Shown here piece after piece: positions 1 to 6,535 of a DNA stretch of 6,535 bases. Source of the DNA: Octopus sinensis (taxonomy: Eukaryota); the NCBI RefSeq assembly GCF_006345805.1, contig NW_021829233.1:1-6535 (forward strand). Direction: 5' to 3'. The translations under genes were made by a program, and so were the position numbers. The notes beneath the pieces were generated by a model. It saw nothing but the letters and a program-made list of their open reading frames with translations, did no database searches and had not been told where the DNA came from. Position 1 is the first letter of the stretch. The number at the start of each line of letters is the position of its first letter.

Positions 1-425
1 AAAGAGAAGGTATAAATGCGGAACACAAGAAATAGGGGGGAAGAGAGAAAGGAGGAGAGAGAGGGGGAGAGAGGTATACAGACAGAGGTAGATAGAGAGA
101 GAGAAAGGGAGAAAAGAGGCAGACAGAGAGAGAAAGACAGAGAGAGAGGTAGACAGAAACACAGATAAACAGGCAGAAAGAAAGATCCAAAGTAAGAAAG
201 AAAGAAAAAAAGAAGGTGAGAGAAAAAAAAGAAAAAAGAAAGTGAGAGAAAAAAGAAAGAAAAGAATGAAAGAAAGAAAATAGAAAGAAACTAAATAAGG
301 AAGAAAGGAGGGAAGGAAGGAAGGAAGGAAGGAAGGAGAGAAGGAAGGAAGGAAGGAAGGAAGGAAGGAAGGAAGGAAGGAAGGAAGGAAGGAAGGAATG
401 GAATGGAAGAAAGAAATGAAAGCGG
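1..425. repeat. Polypurine (GA-rich) low-complexity tract containing a (GGAA)n microsatellite at about 311-398
   Basis: The plus strand is almost entirely A/G. GAGA and GAAA runs lead into near-perfect GGAA units. Confidence 0.95.
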
Positions 426-566
426 GAGCGAGTAGTTTGATGGTGCGAAAAAATTAATCAGATTTTGTGGTGGAACCTGTGACATTTCAATGTATATGAA
501 AGAAAAGATAAGGAATTGGGTAACGGGGCCAACATCAGAAAGGTACTTTTAGAACTCTGGAGAACG

Positions 567-604
567 CACACAGACACACACGCACACACACACACACATA
601 CACA

Positions 605-635
<31 letters not shown>
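567..635. repeat. (CA)n microsatellite
   Basis: Directly visible CA dinucleotide run with occasional CG, TA and GA interruptions. Confidence 0.97.
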
Positions 636-751
636 GGTCAAAATCACATACACGAACACATTCACACAGGAGTAAGTATATGCAAAACATTAAGAACCTT
701 TCAGAATTCTGTTATACCCGTACACAAACCCTCACATGCAGAGAGGATGGG

Positions 752-802
752 GACACAGACAGACAGACAGACAGAGGGGTGGGTAGACGGACGGACAGAC
801 AG
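752..802. repeat. Short (GACA)n/(GACG)n tetranucleotide repeats
   Basis: cagacagacagacagacaga at about 756-775 and gacggacggacagacag at 786-802. Confidence 0.85.
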
Positions 803-1140
803 GGAAACATAAACAAGCGCTGTGAACTTTACGATATTAAGACTTCACAAAGCCAGATACAAACGGGAGACACATTCAAAATATGGAGACGATCTAAAGT
901 CATGGAAGATAACAAGATTAGTTGCCAGACCGGAACAGAGATTGTTTAAATAGGAAAAATTACGTACATACGTAGAGGCGTGGCTGTGTATAGTATGAAA
1001 CTTGCTTCCCAATCGCTGGGAAGTTCTGGGTTCAGTCTCACTGCTTGGCACCTGGGACCAAATATCTTCTACAACAGTTTGTGGCTGACCAAAGCTTTGC
1101 GGCTGAACTGAGTGGACTTGGAATATTCATATGCGTGTAT

Positions 1141-1142
<2 letters not shown>

Positions 1143-1190
<48 letters not shown>

Positions 1191-1200
1191 ACACACACAT
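1143..1200. repeat. (CA)n microsatellite inside the family-A SINE
   Basis: Near-perfect CA run. Confidence 0.97.
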
Positions 1201-1225
1201 ACGAATACACATACATAATATACAT

Positions 1226-1280
1226 ATTTTTTTTCTGTAGTTTCAACTCAGAGCTGCGGCCATACTGATGCACCGCCGAC
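1226..1280 (-). mobile_element. Short antisense 3'-terminal SINE fragment with A-rich tail
   Basis: The reverse complement reads GGCGGTGCATCAGTATGGCCGCAGCTCTGAGTTGAAACTACAG followed by a poly(A) run. This resembles the recalled octopus SINE end GGCGGTGCYCCAGCATGGCCGCAG...TGAAAC. Confidence 0.55.
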
Positions 1281-1514
1281 ATTTCTACAAGCGCGTGTGT
1301 TTTGGGTCTGTGTGTGTCCCCACTACCACCCACCATTTGACTATCGGTGTTGGTTTGTTTACGCCCCCCCCCGTAACTTAGCGGTTCGGTAAAACGAGTC
1401 CGATAGAATATGTCAATGGTTTCAAAAGATATGTACTAGGGTCTCTCTAGTCCTCTATTTTCTATCTTTTTTATTTCTTTTTTATAGCCAAAGCAGTTTC
1501 AGTCAGAATGCACT

Positions 1515-1690
1515 TGTGAGGATGAAGATGAAGGCAGCTATGGTGTGAAATGTGGTGAGGTTGTCGTTTTAGAGTTGTCATGTTGCTGCTAATGTTATTA
1601 TGGTTGTGATGACGACGATGGTGGTAGTGGTGGTGGTGGTGGTGATAACGATGACAGTGTTGTTATTGTTTGTGTGTGTGTGCGTGCGAG
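1515..1690. repeat. Degenerate GAT/GGT/GTT trinucleotide low-complexity tract ending in (TG)n
   Basis: (GGT)n at about 1620-1644, interspersed GAT/GAC/GTT triplets, and a TG run from 1671. Confidence 0.8.
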
Positions 1691-1700
1691 TGAATTTGAG

Positions 1701-1720
1701 TATATATGTATATGTATAGG

Positions 1721-1776
<56 letters not shown>

Positions 1777-1929
1777 TATATATATTAATATATAAGTATA
1801 CAAGTGTGGATCAATGCATATTTATATATATATATATATATAATATATATATATATACACGTATATACGTTTATCTGTGCGTGTATAGATTGATACATAT
1901 ATAGATAGAAAGATAGCTAATGTACATGT

Positions 1930-1988
<59 letters not shown>

Positions 1989-1990
1989 CA
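1701..1990. repeat. Compound (TA)n microsatellite cluster
   Basis: TA runs at about 1721-1790, 1823-1857 and 1940-1986, with a short CA run at about 1930-1940. Confidence 0.97.
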
Positions 1991-2177
1991 CACATAGCGT
2001 TTATAACTCGACGCTCGTTCAAACGTGATCTCAATCGATTTATGATGATTCTTCAATGCATTTCCTCTAGCAATTGATTGATATTGCTCTAAGCTCTATA
2101 GATTGCACCGGATGCCGTACTGCACCATCCCTATCGGCATCAACGCCACCTGAAGCTCTAACACTACACAACCACTG

Positions 2178-2545
2178 TCGTCATCATCATCATCATCACA
2201 TCATCTTCATCATTGTAAGCTGGAAGACACCCCACTATCAGTGTCAGTAGGACCTCCATCTGTACTCTGTCACGGTCGTCATCCCAACCGATTGCTCGGG
2301 TAACATAGTCCTCATCGTCATCATCATCGTCATCGTCATCATTATCGTCATCATCATCATCGTCAATATCATCGTCGTCGTCATCATCATTGCCATCTTC
2401 CTCATCACAAATATTTCACGACCATCATCAGAACTGGTATCATCGCCAGCATCACCCCAATTAAAACCAGGACACCATCATCACCACCACCACCACTCCC
2501 CATAATTAATGCCATCATCACCACCATCACAATAATACCTACTAC
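2178..2545. repeat. Degenerate (TCA/TCG/ACC)n trinucleotide low-complexity tract
   Basis: Extended CATCATCGT-type runs at 2312-2390 and CACCAC runs at about 2480-2530. Confidence 0.9.
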
Positions 2546-2831
2546 TAAGCTTGACCACTATTAGCTTCAGTAGCGTGGACATACACAGAAGACTCAGGGA
2601 TGTGATTGTCGGTATGCTTTCACAGAATTCTTGGCATTATATAGAAGGAAATCCGGACCAACCAGTCTATCTTCGAACTATTTTATGCGTTGATCGAGAA
2701 GATAAAAACACTCGTACAAACAACAAGATGAAGTAAATATGCTTTGGATTGGGTCTTTGCAAATACAACACGTTTGGAGAGAACTGAAGGTAAAAAGGAG
2801 ACTATTATAACCATGGAAAGACTTGGCTCCA

Positions 2832-3236
2832 TAATAATGGTTTCGAATTTTGTCACAAGGCCAGCAACTTCGGGAGAGGAGGTAAGTCGATTACATCGAT
2901 CCCAGTGTTCTGGAAGCCATCTACTCGCAATACCAGAGGGCGCACACTCTCCTACCCTGATGTAATTTCCAGGGATACAGGCATCCAGCAACAGGACCTC
3001 CGTAATGCCATGATGGACCGTGAAGTCTGGCGTAGCATGGTAAATTCCATTGTCTCGACCTCGGTCGAACAATGATGATGATGATGAGTGTTCAAGTGAT
3101 ACTTATTTTATAGAACTCCGAAAGGATGAAAGGCAGAGTCGACCTCGGCAGAATTTGAAAACGGTGCGTAATGAAGGAAGAAATGCCGCTAAGAATTTTG
3201 TCCGGCGTGCTAACGATTCTGCCAGCTCGTCGCCTT
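2832..3236 (-). mobile_element. tRNA-derived SINE family B, copy 1, split by a LINE insertion (pieces at about 2832-2910 and 3094-3236)
   Basis: The reverse complement of 3094-3236 (AAGGCGACGAGCTGGCAGAATCGTTAGCACGCCGGAC...CCGAGGTCGACTCTGCCTTTCATCCTTTCGG...AAAATAAGTA) aligns by eye with 3338-3480. The reverse complement of 2839-2910 (CACTGGGATCGATGTAATCGAC..CCTCTCCCGAA) aligns with 3483-3530. There is a short (ATT)n-type tail at about 2832-2838 and a possible degenerate TSD, AAAGACTTGGCTCCA (2817-2831) versus AAAGACTCGTCTACA (3239-3253). Confidence 0.88.
2911..3087 (+). mobile_element. 5'-truncated LINE 3' end (RTE-like non-LTR retrotransposon), encoding the last 54 aa of the RT ORF
   Basis: Frame 2911-3075 reads WKPSTRNTRGRTLSYPDVISRDTGIQQQDLRNAMMDREVWRSMVNSIVSTSVEQ*. 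This fits the RTE-clade C-terminal pattern GR..xYxDxIxxD...xMxDRxxWR. A (TGA)5 tail lies at 3073-3087 and an exact TSD, AGTGTTC, at 2904-2910 and 3087-3093. The frame is missing from the ORF track because there is no upstream start. Confidence 0.88.
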
Positions 3237-3337
3237 TAAAAGACTCGTCTACAAAAAGCAGAAAGCTACATATACAATCTTAACCACTACCACAAACCAT
3301 CATTGTAATTTGGGTCTATGGTATTAAAACGTGACCT

Positions 3338-3550
3338 AAGACGGTGAACTGTTAGAATCGTTAGCACGCTGGACGAAATGCTTAGCGGTATTTCGCCCGT
3401 CGCTACGTTCTGAGTTCAAATTCCGCCGTGTTCGACTTTGCTTTTCATCATTTCGGTGTCGATGAAATAAGTACCAGCTACGCACTGGGGTCGATGAAAT
3501 CGACTATCCCCCTCCCCCAAATTTCAGGCTTTGTTCCTATAATAAAAAAG
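3338..3550 (+). mobile_element. tRNA-derived SINE family B, copy 2 (near full length)
   Basis: Homologous to copies 1 and 3, with B-box GAGTTCAAATTCC at 3412-3424 and A-rich end AATAAAAAAG at 3541-3550. Confidence 0.88.
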
Positions 3551-3552
3551 AC

Positions 3553-3757
3553 AATCGTTAGCATGCCGGACTAAATGCTTAGTGGCATCTGGTCGTCCAT
3601 TTTGTCGGTATTTCGTCGTTCACCCTCTGAGATCAAATTCTGTCGAGTCGACTTTGCTTTTCATCCTTTCGGGGTCGATAAAATAACTCTCAGTTGGATA
3701 CCGGAGGTCGAAGTAGTCGATTTAATCACTTCCTCGAATTTTCTATCCTTGTACCAA
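3553..3757 (+). mobile_element. tRNA-derived SINE family B, copy 3 (lacking the first ~18 nt, more diverged, in tandem with copy 2)
   Basis: Starts AATCGTTAGCA, as at 3356-3366. It contains GAGATCAAATTC (3629-3640) and GACTTTGCTTTTCATCCTTTCGGGGTCGATAAAATAA (3650-3686). Confidence 0.85.
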
Positions 3758-4061
3758 TATTAAAACGTGGGCCTAGGATGAAAATACACGTTGAAATTTC
3801 GAAACCGAGAAGGGTGGAAAATATTGGTTAAATAATTCCTGTGCCCCAAAGACGGAAACGTTCATGAGAATGATTTGTCTTGAGACGGGTGCGGACACTT
3901 CATGAAGAAGGACGATTAGAGAGTTAGTGTCTTCCCGTAGGAATTCTGGTATTTAAAGCAAATGTAGAGTTGCCTTGAATAAAACAAAAATTCCGACGGT
4001 TCGCACTCAAGTCATTTCTCCGAGAGAAAAACCATAGTTCCATGTTTTGTTTGTTACCCAG

Positions 4062-4377
4062 TAGCGTGGCTTAGTGGTTAGGACATTCGGCTCAAGATCA
4101 TAAGGTTGTGAGTTCAATTCTCGGCGATGCGTTCTGTCCTTGAGCAAGAGACTTTATTTCACGTTGCTCAAGTCCACTTAGCTGGCAAAAATGAGTAGTA
4201 ACTGTATTTCAAGGGACCTGCCTTGTCACATTCTGTGTCACGCTGAATCTCCCTGAACTACATTAAGGGTACGCGTGTCTGTGGAGTGCTCAGCCACTTG
4301 CACGTTAATTTCACGAGCAGACTGTTCCGTTGATCGGATCAACTGGAACCCTCGTCGTCGTAAGAGGCGGAGGCCAG
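4062..4377 (+). mobile_element. tRNA-derived SINE family C, near full length
   Basis: Canonical Pol III A box TGGCTTAGTGG (4067-4077) and B box GAGTTCAATTC (4110-4120). These are followed by a CORE/V-like TGTCCTTGAGCAAGAGACTT, a unique body and a 3' hairpin at 4324-4349. It matches an octopus SINE as I recall it. Confidence 0.85.
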
Positions 4378-4439
4378 ACATTGTGATTATGAACATCGAA
4401 AGAAGTTGAGCACGTGGTTTCTATAAAAGTAAGTTGTCG

Positions 4440-4562
4440 TTTTTTTTATTTTTGTTATTGTTTTGTATGTTGTATATTATTTTGTAGTTGAACCCCAATT
4501 CATCCCTGACCCAACAGACCTATGTTCCGAGGCATTCTTACCGTGACCGTCCTATCTTTTCT
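4440..4562 (-). mobile_element. Probable 3' fragment of another retroposon with an A-rich (CAA/TAA) tail
   Basis: The reverse complement reads ...AGGACGGTCACGGTAAGAATGCCTCGGAACATAGGTCTGTTGGGTCAGGGATG...GGGGTTCAACTACAAAATAATATACAAC...AAAAAAAA. The resemblance to an octopus repeat end is from memory only. Confidence 0.4.
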
Positions 4563-4730
4563 ATGTTCAGGGAACAATTGACATTTTCCAAGAAGCTTTT
4601 CTTTGAGGTGAAATGTGATATGAGGAGTATTTAGATGCTACTTCTGGTTGGTCAACCGGCGAATTTGGATAGAAGGCTGAAATACTGGACATGCGCAAAC
4701 TAAACAGTAAGCAGTAACAGTGCTAGAATG

Positions 4731-4980
4731 ATGTGTATGTGTGTGTGTGTGTGCGTGTGTGTGTGTGTGTGTGTATGTGTGTGTGTGTGTGTGCTTATCA
4801 CTCGAGGAAACAGCGTACATATGTGTAGGTCAGCATGTAGTGAAGGTGTAATAGCAGAAAAGTGTGTGCGTGTGTATATGTGTGTGTGCGCGCGCGTGTC
4901 TGTGTACGTGTGTTAACGTACGTGTGTGTATGTACGTGTGTATACGTGTATGGGTATATGAGTTTGTATGTATATGTATG
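4731..4980. repeat. (TG)n microsatellite (4731-4793) and degenerate TG/TA/CG tract (4862-4980)
   Basis: Directly visible dinucleotide runs. Confidence 0.95.
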
Positions 4981-5061
4981 TTGAGGAGGTAGAAGATATT
5001 AAGCCTGTTGTTGCTGTCAAAAGTAGGAGGACGAGTCTAATTTGAAAGTAAATCTTTGCTG

Positions 5062-5188
5062 ATGATGCAGAGGAGGAGGAGAGAGAAAGAGAAAAGGAGA
5101 AAGAGAAAGAAAGAAGGGGATAAAATAGAGAGAGAGGGTAGAAGGGATTGAATTAAAGAAAGTACAATATAAAAAACGTGAGAGAGGG
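5062..5188. repeat. GA-rich low-complexity tract
   Basis: Purine-dominated GAGGAG/GAGAAA runs. Confidence 0.8.
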
Positions 5189-5467
5189 ACAGATAAGACC
5201 CTTTTTTATGCGATGCCTTCTCTAATTCAGTACCTTCTTTCCTACTTTTTCTTCCTCCCTCTCTCTTTCACTCTCCCCCCCCTCTCTCTCTCTCCTTCTC
5301 CTTCTCCTCCTCATCAGCAGAGGTTTACTCTCTCCCTCTCTGAACACTCTCGTAATCAATTTCCACACTGTAGAACGGGGAGAGAGAGAGAAATGAACAG
5401 ATAAGACCCTTTTTTATATTATATTTTCCATAATTCAGTCCCTTCTCTCCTACTCGTTCTCTGTCTG

Positions 5468-5507
<40 letters not shown>

Positions 5508-5853
5508 CTTTCCCTCTCTCCTTCCCTTTCTCTTTCTCTCTTTTTCTCTCCCCTTCTTCTCCTCATCAGCAGAGATTTACTCTCTCCCTCTCTGAACACG
5601 CTAGTATTCAATCTTAAATCTGTAGAACGGTGAAAGAGAGAGAGAGATGGACAGATAAGACCCTTTTTTATACGATGCCTTCTCTAATTCAGTACCTTCT
5701 CTCCTACTTTTTCTCCCTCTCTCTCTCTCTCTATCTCTCTTTCACTCTTCTCTCTCTCTCTCTCTCTCCTCCCTTCTCCTCCTCATCAACAGAGATTTTA
5801 CTCTCCCTCTCTGAACACGCTAGCATTCAATTTCCACTTTGTATAACGCTGAA

Positions 5854-5884
<31 letters not shown>

Positions 5885-5940
5885 CAGAGAGAGAGAGAGA
5901 CACAGAGAGAGAGAGAGAGAAATGGAGAGATAAGAACTTT
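5175..5940. repeat. Composite tandem repeat of three full units plus a partial fourth, each carrying a (CT)n and a (GA)n microsatellite
   Basis: The anchor ACAGATAAGACCC recurs at 5189, 5397 and 5651, with a degenerate copy at 5926, giving periods of 208, 254 and 275 bp. The conserved blocks TAATTCAGT(A/C)CCTTCT and CCTCATCA(G/A)CAGAG..TTTACTCTC..CCTCTCTGAACAC occur in all three full units. Confidence 0.93.
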
Positions 5941-6116
5941 TAACATTCTACAGTGTGAAAATTGAAAACTGCCGTTCCATCATTAATAAAAGCGGTTTCG
6001 GATGCCTAAGGTAAATCTGCCTCACCTGGGGTCATTGGTCATTTAGCAGGATTATTTTTGCAATGATGGACAAGGTTAGCTGCGGACAGAGTGATGGACG
6101 TCATTATATAGAGGTG

Positions 6117-6535
6117 AGCAAAAAGACAAAGGAAGCCGAAGAAAAAAAAAGGCTGAGAGAGGGGGGAGAAGAGGGAGGAGGGGGAGCGGCAGAGGGGATT
6201 TAGAGGAGTATACTGCGGATAATGTGGCTGTAGGTGAGGGTGGGGTGGATTGTGAGAGAGACAATGTGATACAAAGAAGAAGAATGAAAGAGAGGGAATG
6301 AATGGAGTGACAGAAAATGAGATGGTAGAAAATGAAGGAAAGGATAGGAAGGATGGACGGAAGGAAGGAAGGAAGGAAGGAAGGAGGGAAGGAAGGAAGG
6401 AAAGAGCAAAAGAGATACTCACGGGAAGGAAATAAAGATAGTAACTGAGAGTGAGGGTGGCGGGGGAAGGAGGAGAGAGAGCAACCAAAGGAGGAGAGAT
6501 AAGAAGAGAAAGAGAAATAGAGAGAGCCAGGAGAA
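6117..6535. repeat. Polypurine low-complexity tract with (GGAA)n at about 6359-6402
   Basis: A/G-dominated plus strand with a GGAA tetranucleotide run. Confidence 0.92.

Larger units (their letters stand above)
973..1443 (+). mobile_element. Degenerate tRNA-derived SINE (family A), interrupted internally and lacking its 3' terminus
   Basis: A-box-like TGGCTGTGTATAG at 981-993 and B-box-like GGGTTCAGTCTC at 1028-1039, followed by a CORE-like GGCACCTGGGACCAAATATCTT. The second half at about 1296-1443 (GTTTACG..CCGTAACTTAGCGGTTCGG..CGATAGAATA..) matches an abundant octopus SINE as I recall it. The family identity is unverified. Confidence 0.75.

Noticed and set aside
291-485. 64-aa minus-strand ORF with (PSFL)n
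   Set aside because: It is a translation of the (GGAA)n microsatellite. The same applies to the ORFs at 6039-6488, 6076-6264 and 6200-6409.
531-710. Weak direct similarity CTTTTAGAACTCTG (546-559) versus CTTTCAGAATTCTG (696-709) around the (CA)n
   Set aside because: It is only 12/14 in AT-rich sequence with no enclosed recognisable element, so it is compatible with chance.
516-812. His/Thr-rich 98-aa ORF, plus the HT, CV and YI repeat ORFs at 1127-1336, 1822-2034, 1871-2056, 4638-4820 and 4728-4916
   Set aside because: The repeated residues come from (CA), (TG) and (TA) microsatellites, with no recognisable domain.
2164-2415. Stop-free 83-codon poly-Asp-rich frame on the minus strand
   Set aside because: It is bounded by an upstream stop, has no early start or splice acceptor, and is explained by decay of a (GAT/GAC)n microsatellite.
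2551-2736. 61-aa ORF with an acceptor-like TTTCACAG near 2624
   Set aside because: It is short with no recognisable motif or supporting gene context.
2683-3072. 129-aa minus-strand ORF
   Set aside because: It spans unique DNA, a SINE piece and the antisense strand of the LINE fragment, crossing insertion junctions. The meaningful frame is on the plus strand at 2911-3075.
4062-4130. Possible tRNA gene
   Set aside because: A and B boxes are present, but I cannot form acceptor or anticodon stems, and the sequence runs on into a SINE body. It is a tRNA-derived SINE head.
5175-5940. CRISPR-like array of conserved blocks with variable spacers
   Set aside because: The spacers are microsatellites of variable length, the period is over 200 bp, the context is eukaryotic and there are no cas genes.
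5213-5965. Two ORFs sharing MPSLIQYLLSY (5213-5404 and 5630-5965), suggesting paralogous peptides
   Set aside because: The shared peptide reflects the DNA tandem repeat. Unit 2 has lost the ATG, and the rest is microsatellite translation.
6050-6113. Plus-strand candidate exon (CAG|GATT...GAG|GTGAGC) with one open frame
   Set aside because: The donor is good, but the acceptor lacks a polypyrimidine tract and the peptide IIFAMMDKVSCGQSDGRHYIE is unrecognised.

Overview
Repeat-dense, non-coding eukaryotic DNA (intronic or intergenic) with no supportable intact gene. The interspersed repeats match my recollection of octopus (coleoid cephalopod) retroposons; this is inference from memory, and no search was run. 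The window holds many microsatellite and low-complexity tracts, three tRNA-derived SINE families, and a composite ~210-275 bp tandem repeat. Family A is one interrupted copy, family B is three copies and family C is one near-complete copy. A 5'-truncated RTE-like LINE 3' end with an exact 7-bp target-site duplication sits inside one family-B SINE. The supplied ORFs are artefacts of microsatellites, repeats or antisense reading. I see no new protein-coding system. The most interesting signals are retroposon architecture: a LINE nested in a SINE, a SINE dimer bracketed by one direct repeat, and an inverted SINE pair that could form dsRNA. A tandem array closed by an inverted copy of one of its own motifs is also notable.
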